Source of the DNA: Eledone cirrhosa
Taxonomy: Eukaryota
Length of the DNA stretch: 64,000 bases
Assembly: GCA_964016885.1 (NCBI GenBank)
Contig: OZ024741.1
Coordinates: 357,182,001-357,246,000 of the forward strand
Direction: 5' to 3'
How positions within the stretch are numbered: position 1 is the stretch's first letter; each line of letters begins with the position of its first letter. The translations under genes were made by a program, and so were the position numbers. A model generated the notes under the pieces. The model worked only from the letters and a program-made list of their open reading frames with translations. It did no database searches and had not been told where the DNA came from. Below are positions 12,158 through 23,300 of this stretch, piece by piece.

Positions 12158-12606
12158 GTATTTTGGGTGTAAATATGTCTATATATTTATAAATACATAA
12201 ACCACTATCATCACTACTACAATGATATATGCCTAGATAATGTAGAATAATACTCTACGACATTGCAAAACCCCAGGTTCATGTTACCTCAGTTGTTTAA
12301 CCCCAGGTCAGCCCTAATTGAGCAGACCTTTTCAACCATCCCCGTTTTTTTTTTATTATATATATCTAGAACTACATTGTCCCAATTGACTGTGGATTTT
12401 GAAAATAAACTTGGCTATTGTTTCTAGTAGGTCGATCGCCCATGCAGAATCCTCACTCCTCGATTGTAACCAGGTAACGTCTGATGTAAATGAGATGATA
12501 TAACATAAACTGTAGTTGTTAACTGTTGATAAAACAGCTTACAACAGAGTTTCCCAAACTTTTTTTAATCTTTAGAGAATATATTTATATTATCAGTACC
12601 CGCCGC

Positions 12607-12776
12607 CAGGGCCTCCAAGAGAAATTTTAGCAAGGCGGTACAAGACCCTTTTGGGGCCCGAAGCAGGCAAAGATTTTTCTTCAAATGGATGTTGCATGGT
12701 TGCTGTGGCGCCTTCTTAGCTCTTGGACCCTGGAACAATGTACCGGCTGGACCCCGTTCCCCTCTCATAGGCCCTG
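12607..12776. mobile_element. hAT-type MITE
   Basis: TIR cagggcct/aggccctg; 8-bp TSD cccgccgc vs cccaccac, differing only by two CpG transitions. Confidence 0.8.
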
Positions 12777-13599
12777 CCCACCACACTGTAAAGTTAATCA
12801 AATTGAAAATTTAATTATAATCTTTTTTCTTCTTTACAGACTACATTTTATTTTAATTAAATTATGTAATGTTAATCATTTACTAACGAAATGAATCAAT
12901 AAACTGGGGTTAGCGAGATGAGAAAAACAAACGGAAAAAAAAGGAGGAAAAAAATTCGAGAGAAGTCGTGCACACTAAATTACACATTGTAACAGGGAGT
13001 GCTGGTTCAAGCATTTATTGAATAACTAAAGGTGAAGTTTTTTTTACAAGTGGGTGGGTCTTCTTCCCCCTCTCTTTTTTTTTCTGGTACTGAATATATA
13101 TGTGAAAGAAATATATATATAAATTTCTGGGAAACCACAAATTTGTATTCTTTGAATCCTTTCTTCCCTCCACGTCTTGCCTCACAATGACCCCACCTAC
13201 CACCTACTTACCTTCCAATGTCATTGTTTAATATCCCAGTGCACCAGGTCAGGGGCGCATAAACGTAAGTTCTAGAGATCACTGTAAATATTGACGAGAC
13301 AGGTTTATATCATTAAACCCTGTTTATAGTTGCTTTTATAACTACCACAATACTTTTATCGTAAATTAAGTTACTTTCTTCAAAAGGTTATCACCCAGCA
13401 GAACAAGAATGTTAATATCAAAGAACAAACAAATGGTGTATATTTAAAGAGAGATAGGGTAATTAATTCTACAATTGGCACAAGGCCATAAACCTGGAGG
13501 TGGGAAAAAGTCGATTATATCGACTCCACAACTTGACTGGTACTTTATTTTATCGACTGGATAATAACAAAGGAAAGAAAAAACAGTTGTTAACTATAC

Positions 13600-14915
13600 A
13601 GGTAGACATGTAGAAGGTTGTATTAAATATGGGATCGATAGTCAGCTTCTTGCTGCCCTGATGTCTCTATACGAATGCCTGAACATTTGTTTGGATAAAT
13701 GATGCTAAATCGAAATCATTCAACGTAGGAGTCGGAATCCGCCAAGTGTGCGTATAGTCACCTCTCCTGTTCATTATTAAGGGCGGTGCCCTTTCCAATC
13801 TGAGTTCAAATCCCGCCGATGTTAACTTTGCCTTTCATCCTTACGGGGTCGATAAAATAAAGTACCAGTAATGCACTGGGTAATTGCTGGCCTTGTGCCA
13901 AAAGTAGAAACAATTATTAAGGGCGGTGGATTGGCAGTATCGGTAGAGGGTCGGACGCCATGCTTTCCCGCATAGCTATGTCCCTTTACGGTCTGGGTTC
14001 AAATCCCGTCGAGGTTAACTTTGCCTTTCATCCTTACGGGGTCGATAAAATAAAGTACCAGTAATGTACTGGGTAATGCTGGCCTTGTCCCAAAAGTAGA
14101 AACAATTATTTTCATGAACAGGATTGACATGCGCAATTGGGTTGGAAGTGGTATCATGACTGGCGGGTGTAAAATCAGTTGTCTCGAATTTGCAGACATG
14201 GTGTTACTTAACTCGTCAGCAGGTGATCTCCGACTTGCACTTGATAGGTTTGATGCCGAATGCTGCATGGCTGGAATGAAAATTAGAGCCGTGAAAACTG
14301 AGACACTCGTCTTCTCAAAGAAGCCTGCATAGTGCACTCTAGATGTAAATGGAGTTCCACTGAAGCAGATGGAGAAGTTCAAGTATCTCGGGCCATGTTC
14401 ACAAGTGATGGAAGGCAAGAGGCTGAATTAAGTGCAAGAATTGCGGGAGCTGGTGCAGTAATGCGGCAGCTTCAGCATTCGATCATCAGAAGGAAGGTAT
14501 GTGTAAAAGCCAAACTCACTATCTTCAATTCGGTACTTGTGTCAACCCTTACCTATGGTCATGAACCTTAGATAATGACCGAAAGAATACGATCGTGAAT
14601 ACAAGTGGCCGAAATGGGGTTCCTCCGCTACTTCTCCGAATTGAGAGATCACAGCTCCGATACCATGGGCATGTGGTTAGAATGTTCCAGGAAAGAATAG
14701 CTCGACATATTTTACGGGTAAAGCCAACCGATAAGAGACGCAGGAGTAGACTCCGAGCAAGATGGTTGGATAACATCCATGAACTTGGCTTGGTCACGCT
14801 TGGAGATCCAGCCGGATCAGTTGGAGACGGTTGCTTCTGATAGGACCTGCTGGAAGGAGTGTTTGTGGACTCTGTCCCATGACCCTTTCAGGAATAAGTG
14901 GACGAAGAAGAAGAC
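13600..14915 (+). mobile_element. Decayed RTE-X/Expander-like LINE (RT and 3' end, (GAA)n tail) interrupted by two SINEs
   Basis: VGIRQ..SPLLF, CLEFADMVLL, LTYGHE, ERSQLRYHGHV; tail gacgaagaagaaga. Confidence 0.8.
13781..14110 (+). mobile_element. Two tandem tRNA-derived SINE copies (13781-13920 partial; 13921-14110 full)
   Basis: A-box-like ggattggcagtatcggtaga, B box gggttcaaatccc, core gcctttcatccttacggggtcgataaa; same family at 15312-15478(-), 20593-20685(-), 21465-21752 and 37122-37310. Confidence 0.88.
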
Positions 14916-16249
14916 TTGACTATTTTTTTAAATTTTTATTTTTATTTTTAAAAGTTTACATATTAGAAAAAAAAAACATAAAAAAGGTCAAATTTTAAAA
15001 ATTAAAAATGGGTGTCACAATAAGGGGCGCTGGAGTTTCCCTCTAATAATTTTAAAGACAATCAACACACTCGCAGAATTGCAGTGGCTAAAACGCTAGA
15101 ATAGCGAAGCACCCGCACGGGCATCATCTGGATACAAGCCTTCGGCCGCTAAGTGTCTTTTGGGGCTTCAGCCAGTCCAATAATTTGTTTCAAAATATTT
15201 GTTCTTTGGTTTTTACTACACTGATTTTCTATTGACTCTAAATATGATCATTTTTTAAATTTCTTTCTTAGTCTCGTATTGGTGATTAAAAAAAAAGCCT
15301 GAGCTAATAATAATTGATTCTACTTTTTTGGCACAAGACCAGCAATTATCCTAGTGCGTCACTGGTACTTTATTTTATCGATCCCATAAGGATGAAAGGC
15401 AAAGTTAACCTCGGTGGGATTTGAACTCAGGCCGTAAAGGGACGTAACTCTATGCTGCAAAGCATGGCGTCCGATCCTGCCGTGAGCTAATAATAATAAT
15501 ACGTTTTTCTTTAATGGCCACAAAGGCCTACATGTAGGAGGACAATACAAAGAGACAAAGACAGTGGAGCTTTACAAAAGAATCGAGTAAAAAATAAATA
15601 CAACAATAACAATAAAATACAAACAACAGAATTCCCCAATATGGGTAAGAATCACTCAGGGGTGACTGATACTCCACCAACCCTGAACCACCTGGGAAAG
15701 ACACCCTTCTCCTCCTCAAATCAATCAGCCTACGGGCGCTTGCTCAGAATAGGCCCATTCACACGGACCATTCTAGCCACATCCACCCACCTTTTAGCAA
15801 ATGTATTGGAGGGGGGCACTTCTCTTTTCACCCTCACCTTTTTTTCCAAGTGAAACTTGAAAAATAATAATACACATGTACAGTATATATACTTAATTCT
15901 TTTTAATGAATTAGTTCTTTAGTTTATTTTAGCAATCATTAATTTTAGTCTTTTAATATTTGTTTCATTTGTTTCATAAATAACAATTGCTTAAAATTCG
16001 ATTTCAATAATTTCTAATTTTGTATACCTTAAACAATTGGATCTCCACCAGTTCCGACGATGAGGGTTCCAGTTGATGCGATCAACAGAATAGCCTGCTC
16101 ATGAAACTAACGTGTAAGTGGTTAAACTTTCCACAGATGCGAGTACCCTTAACGTAGTTCTCAGGGAAATTCAACGGAGCACAGTAAGTGATAAGGCTGA
16201 ATCTTCCTAAGATTCAAGTACAAATAATTTCGCCAGTTGAGTGAACTGT

Positions 16250-19200
16250 AGTGGGAGGCGTGGGATGAACACACAAAAGGCTGCATATCCCAAGACCCCA
16301 AAGAAGGTCCAGAAGGGAGCGAATCTTAACAATTGATAACTGGAATGTTACAACCCTTATAGGTAAGGAGCAGGAACTAGTAGAGGAGGCCAGATGCTAC
16401 CGGCTAGATATAGTTTGGGGTTTCCACACAAAGTTCTAGAGTTCTGATACTGTAGATTTGGATGGAGGATAGAAACTCCACTATTCAGGTGTGACGCCAG
16501 AAGTGACTGTTGGGGTACTTACATGTGGCGTGTGTTATGGACTGGATCCAATTGGGAGGGAAGATTTACCGCTTGAAGCTTAGGCTGAAAGAAAGGTCTC
16601 TGTGGATTGTGCGACTTTATGCGCCAAATACAGATCCTTCCTTGATGAAACTATAGGGAAATTACTGGTGGGTATGAATGTAACAAAACGAGACATGGTT
16701 TGTGTGTATAATATTTAATTAACAATGGTAGATAGTATAGTTGACATGTCAATAGGAATAGATGTTAGAATGAAACAAAGTTAGTAGTTACCGTTTTGAT
16801 TGCCAGGCAAACGCGGCTGGCAGAGGACGCCTGGCTAAGGCCAGGCGCCTGTTGGCCAAATTAATGGCGGAGCCCAATGAGAGGCTCTTGACCTGGTGCC
16901 GAAAAGGCAAAGAGAGAAAGGAAGCTTAAAGTTGTTAGTTTTATAGGGCTCTGACCGGAAGTTACAGAAAGGGCTCCACTTCCCGTCTAGATCCCAATCA
17001 AAACAAGGGAGACAACCGCTACATAACCTCCCGCCAGAATTTTAGTGTATAAAAATCGAAATGAAAATATGTAGCAAGTTGGCGAGAATGTTGTAACAGG
17101 CATGAAAATTACGACAAAAGAATGTTTGGAAAAATCAATGATAGATATCAAGGTAGCCAACCGCTCTTGGCCAGAGAACGACTGGACATCCATCTATCCA
17201 TCACCCAAAGATACAATGTAATAAAGTAAAAGTAATAGAAGAGCTCAAAGTTCAAAATATAGTTCACAGGTGTGCAATCACATGACAGCAGGAAAGAAAG
17301 TGTGTTCCAGAGAATGAATGCAGGTGGTTTCTGTTCTGTGGTATATCGTGAAATTTCCAACCTCCGAATGGATTTTCTCACAGGAAGAGTGCTGCAAAAA
17401 TGAATTCTCTGGCTTTGGTGAAGCTGTATTGATGTATTGCTGTTGCTGTTATATTGCTGTTGCTGCTGCTGTTGTCTCGCTGAGTGAACGTATTCGGTGT
17501 TTAAATTCACAGTAAAAAAATTTTTTTTTAGAAAAAATGAGTTGCGCAAAGTGCTAGAAATAGCAGCCGAAGTTGATGGTCGATGTTGAGAATGCGTTGA
17601 CCTGGAAGGGTCAAGAGGCCAGCGACCAGAGAAATAAGCATTCCCAATAAATGCGCGGTTATCAACGGTAAATTTACATTGTAAATTTATAAACCGGCAA
17701 ATAGAAGAATATAGCTTAAGGCTGAAGAATCCCTGGTGAGAAATGTTATCTCTGGCGTGCGGCTGTCTGTGAGTAGAGACATCTCTGTGAATCGAGAATT
17801 TGTGCTGCCTACACGTGCCAATACAAGGTTGAAAAAAATAATATTTCTAACGCGCGAGAAAATGATAGTGCAATTTTGAAAGTGACAATGATGAAAAAGA
17901 AAGGCTTCACTCAGCATAATTATTGGTGTGAACTTTGGAAAAAAACAAAAAACTTGAACGATGAAGAAAACGATGAACAAAAAGGCAATGGTTCATCGAA
18001 AATAAATGTTCCTGTTGAAATGTTTTTTAAAGAATATCAAATTTCTTTTTTTTTTTGTGTGTGTTTTGAAAAAGTTCGTTGTAAGAAACGAGAAACATAT
18101 ATATATATCGTGAAATGTTTTTTTTTTTTTTTTGTTTTGAAAGTGTTCGTTGTAAGAAACGAGAAACATATATATATATATCACCAAAGCCAGAGAATTC
18201 ATTTTTGCAGCACTCTTCCTGTGAGAAAATCCATTCGGAGGTTGGAAATTTCACGATATACCACAGAACAGAAACCACCTGCATTCATTCTCTGGAACAC
18301 ACTTTCTTTCCTGCTGTCATGTGATTGCACACCTGTGAACTATATTTTGAACTTTGAGCTCTTCTATTACTTTTACTTTATTACATTGTATCTTTGGGTG
18401 ATGGATAGATGGATGTCCAGTCGTTCTCTGGCCAAGAGCGGTTGGCTACCTTGATATCTATCATTGATTTTTCCAAACATTCTTTTGTCGTAATTTTCAT
18501 GCCTGTTACAACATTCTCGCCAACTTGCTACATATTTTCATTTCGATTTTTATACACTAAAATTCTGGCGGGAGGTTATGTAGCGGTTGTCTCCCTTGTT
18601 TTGATTAGGATCTAGACGGGAAGTGGAACCCTTTCTGCAACTTCCGGTCAGAGCCCTATAAAACTAACAACTTTAAGCTTCCTTTCTCTCTTTGCCTTTT
18701 CGGCACCAGGTCAAGAGCCTCTCATTGGGCTCTGCCATTTTTTTGGCCAACAGGCGCCTGGCCTTAGCCAGGCGTCCTCTGCCAGCCGCGTTTGCCTGGC
18801 AATCAAAACGGTAACTACTAACTTTGTTTCATTCTAACATCTATTCCTATTGACATGTCAACTATACTATCTACCATTGTTAATTAAATATTATACACCA
18901 AACCATGTCTCGTTTTGTTACATTCACCAACAACCAGTAATCTCGCTAAAAAACCATTGCAGTATTAGATGTAGTTAAAACTGAGTTATATATCCTAATG
19001 GGAGACTTAAATGCACATGTTGGTACCGACCGCCTGACATGGAAAGGAGTGATTTGAATGAACGGCGATCCCGATCTAAATACGAATGGAAAGACCTTAT
19101 TAGATTCCTGTTCTAGCAATGGACTCTCTCTCTCTCTCTCTCTCTCTGAACACCTTCTTCCAGTACAAAAGCATTCACAAATACACATGGTATAAAGGAA

Positions 19201-19950
19201 ATCGGAGAAAGAGATCAATAATTGATTTTGTTAGTCTCTGATCTCTTCAATTCTGTGTTAAGAGAGAAGCTAAGAGGTCAACTGATCACCATCTAGTTAT
19301 CTGCGGCCTAAGACTACCTAAAGCCAAGAAAACCCACAAAACGGCTGGTCCAGCTCCGCATACAGAATAAAGTTGGAAACACTAGTTGATAAGGTGGTCA
19401 GGACCAGGTCTGCGGATACTATTGCATCCAAATTCAGAGAACTCCCTGAAGAAACTGATTATTGCCAAGAGTTGTTTGCTTGTTTTATAGACCTCGAAAA
19501 GGCATACAATCGCGTTCTACAGGACCTGTTGTGAAAGGTTCTACAGAAGTATGGAATCAATTCGGTATTCCTGCCTACCCTTACCTATGGTCATGAATCT
19601 TGAGTAATGACCGAAATAATACGATCGTGAATACAAGCGGCCGAAATAGAGTAACGTTACTCGGAGACCAGGGGGTTTCTCCAGGTAGAGCCACTACTTC
19701 CCCGAATTGAGAGATCACAGCCCAGAAACTACGGACATGTGGCCAGAATGTCTAAGGACAGATTTTACGGGCAAGCCCAACCTCAGAAAACCCAGAGGTA
19801 GATCCCTTGCAAAATGGTTGGATAACAGCCATGAACTCAGTTGGTCTCTCTAGGGGGTATAGCCAGGATCAATTGGAAACTGTTGCTTCTGACAGGACCC
19901 GTTGGAAGGCGTGTTTAAGGACTCGTGCCCCATGAGCCCTTGCCCAGAAG
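16250..19950 (+). mobile_element. Highly decayed RTE-X/Expander-like LINE (APE endonuclease to 3' end), split by the 2.3-kb inverted-repeat element
   Basis: WNVTTLIGKEQELVEEA and LYAPN lie left of 16654; ILMGDLNAHVG, TDHHLV and FIDLEKAY lie right of 18948. Confidence 0.8.
16654..18948. mobile_element. Non-autonomous foldback/long-TIR element: 768-bp inverted arms (16654-17421, 18181-18948) around a 759-bp spacer
   Basis: Arms are near-identical reverse complements (the ORF track shows identical peptides on opposite strands); termini TAGGG/..GCTA; possible degenerate 8-bp TSD tgaaacta/aaaaacca. Confidence 0.8.
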
Positions 19951-20174
19951 AATGAACAGGAGTAACGTGAAATAAAGTGTCTTGTTTCAGATCATAACGC
20001 ACCGCCAAAAAATCGAATACATGACCATGCGATTGTGAGTTGAACATCCTAACCACGAAGCCACGCGTCTTCTTTAATAAACGCGAACACAATATACAAA
20101 AATATTCCACGAGAATTAAATAACTAATCCAAGGGAAGTAACTCTACGGTTACTATGGAAACATTACGTACGCT

Positions 20175-20330
20175 ATGTCTGACCGATCACTGGTTGAAAA
20201 TATGGAAGTTAAGAACGAGCAATTAACTTCGATTCCGAGTGTGATAGTGGACGGAATAGATCCTGTAATAAATGTGGAAGATGATAACATCGAAGAAGAA
20301 AAGATAAAAGAACCTGAAATACCTTTGACG
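20175..20330 (+). CDS. LRGUK: LRGUK coding exon 1 (acidic N-terminus)
   Basis: ATG..PEIPLT|gttaag; CpG-rich context; phase 0. Confidence 0.7.
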
Positions 20331-23300
20331 GTTAAGCCATGTTTATATATCATAGATAGATAGAGAGAGAGAGAAGAGGGGGTAGGGAGAGAGAGAGATG
20401 AGGGAGTGTATGCGTGTGTCTGGCAGTAAATATTCTCAAATTATTTCGAATAGTTTTATTTTTTGTTTTGTTCTGTTTTATTGAAATTATTTTCGGACAT
20501 TCATTATTCATGTATCTTTATTTTGCCTCAGCTAACACAAAGTCACATCCTATAGCACTAAATTAAATGAATTCAATGTATCTAAATCTAACTTAATTGT
20601 TTCTACTTTTGGCAAAGACCAGCAATTACTCAGTGCATTACTGGTATTTTATTTATCGACCCCGTAAGGATGAAAGGCAAGGTTCTAAATCTAACTTAAT
20701 GCAGATTATTTAGACGTCAGATTAAGAATATGAAACAATATACCGCCCACCACATAAGCCGAACTAATTATGCAAGCCTTCTCTCAGCCTGACAACTTTT
20801 TGTCCTATCGCTAAGTTGTATCTTCACCCTTCCTTTTAATCATCGCTACAATAGTTTCTACTTCTTCGATATTTAACTAGTATATATTACCTTTTTTCAA
20901 CAGTCAGAATTCAATTAAATCTGTCTTACCATCCTTTCTCATATTTGATTGTCTTTTGGGGTGTCAGTGTTCAACACAATTGGAACTCTTATTCTTATTT
21001 TTCTATTGAATAGGATCTCTGCTGGTGATGGTAAGTGACTGTCTAGTGAGTTTCTCTTAGGTATAGAAGATCTATTTGACACTCCATATTTGATTGTTGT
21101 GCTTTTTTCATATTATTTTTCACTGTTTGGACCATTCGTTCAATGAAACCATTTGATTGTGGGTATCATGGCTGGATATGATGTGCTCGAATTCCCACTC
21201 TCTGGCGAAATTATGGAACTCAATGGACACAAAATATGTGGCATTGTCTATATTCAGGTATTCTAGAATGCCAAGAAAGGGGGAGATTGTTTTGAAATAT
21301 TCAATTCGGCTTGAGCTAGTTACACTTTTCATAGTCTCGATATGAAAAGTCATTTTGTTGTATTGATCAGCAACGAGTAAGAATTGTTGACCGTTGACGT
21401 CAAAGATTTCAGCTGCAACGTTTTGGAATGATCTAGTTGGATGATTTGGGATTATCATTATTTCTTTCATCCTTACAGGGTCGATAAAATAAAGTACCAG
21501 TAATGCACTGGGTATTTGCTGGCCTTGTGCTTAAAGTAGAAACAATTATTTCTTTCGTTTTAGGCGGTGGATTGGCAGTATAGGTAGAGAGTCGGACGCT
21601 ATGCTTCCCAGCATAGTTACGTCTCTTTACGATCTGAGTTCAAATCCCGCCGAGGTTAACTTTGCCTTTCATCCTTACGGGGTCGATAAAATAAAGTATC
21701 AGTAATGTACTGGGTAATTACTGGCCTTGTGCCAAAAGTAGAAACAATTATTTCTTTCGTTTTTTTGTTTTTTTTGTGTGTGTGCTGATTTCATATTTCA
21801 CACGACCTTACAATCTTTTCAATATCCTTGTTTAGACCTCTCCAATAAACACTATTCCTTGCTTTGAGATGACATTTTTCAATTCCTTGGTGTATTCTTT
21901 GAAGAACATTGTTTTGTGTATTTTTATATGACGATGCATTCACCTTTAATCACTAAGCCATCTTGTATGATATGCATTCTTTCAATGATTAATAGTTTAT
22001 TATAAGTTTGGGTATGTCTTTCACATCCATGTAAGTTTAGGTATATCATTTGTTTTAGTATTTTCAAATCTTCATCTACTTCTGTAGCTTCTTGTAGCTC
22101 TATTTGCTTTATCAACAGCATGTATTTTAAGATATATTTCAATGTATTTGCCCTGTGTTAGTCGTACTGTTGATAAATAATCTGGAACTCATTTCTTTAC
22201 CTGATTTGTATGATTTGAGCATCATACAGTTGTAGCCTTAACAATATTCTTTACAGACTTGGGGGTACATATGCCATATTTTTGCTCTATGTATTTTTCA
22301 ATGGTTTGAGGTCTGATTCAATTTGTAACTCTTTCACATACACATATGTATGACATTTTTCACAATTAAACACTGCTGCAAGTAGCTCTCTTTCTACATT
22401 TGCATATCTTGACTTAGCATCAGTCAGTCTTTTGCTAGTAAATGCAACAACTTTGCCACCATTGATTAGTGTTGGACCTAGGCCTAATATGCTAGAATCT
22501 ACTAGGATTGTTCTCTTTGCAATAGATTTTAAATAAGTGAGGCAGATGTTTTCATGAACACAGTTTTTCAGTTTTTGAACAAATTTTTTATATGTATTAT
22601 TCCATTACCATTCAGTGTCTTTCTTGAGTAGTGGTGTCGGTGAAACTGTTCTAGAAATAGGTTTGGGTATGAAAAGGCTTAGGTATTGGATCATACCTAG
22701 AAATTGCTGAGGTTCTTCACAGATTGTAGGTGTGGGCTTTGATTTGATTTTGTCTCATTTTTCTAGATCTGGTTGAGAACCACTTTCAACCAAGATCAGA
22801 TCATCAAATTTTATGTTTTTGTCTCATTTTGTTGAAAACTAGACCACATCTTCTGGCTGCATCTATTTTGCTTCCCAAGTTCTTATTATGCTCTTCAAAT
22901 GTTTTGCCATATATAACAATGGCTCCTGTGCAGTCTTCTAGTATTTAGTCCATTTTTTGCTGATAAAGCCTTAAAATATCTTGAGCCCCAGGGACACCTT
23001 ACATATCTGAATCTAATAAAAAGTATATGGACTTTCTTTTCTGAACCTATGCGGACTGGGGTTTTAGTATGATTGCTTTTCTAAGGCAAAATGTTTCAAA
23101 ATTTCAAAATGTTCTGCATTCTCTGTTAAACACATAACATCTTTTCTTTTTCTGTGAGCCTTCATAGCATATACATGTTTTTCTTTCACTGACATCATTG
23201 TACTGTTTTATTGTAGCTTCATATGTCCTTATGCTTTCAATAGCCAACTCTAGCTTAAATTTTAATTTGTTTCTAAGATTTCTTTTTTCATCTGTTCACT

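Noticed and set aside
13921-14010. tRNA-like sequence with A and B boxes
   Set aside because: Head of a multicopy SINE; no proper cloverleaf or anticodon arm
17148-18615. Mirror-image ORFs (133, 192, 68 and 65 aa) in the inverted arms
   Set aside because: Low-complexity, no recognisable domain; they are identical only because the DNA is duplicated
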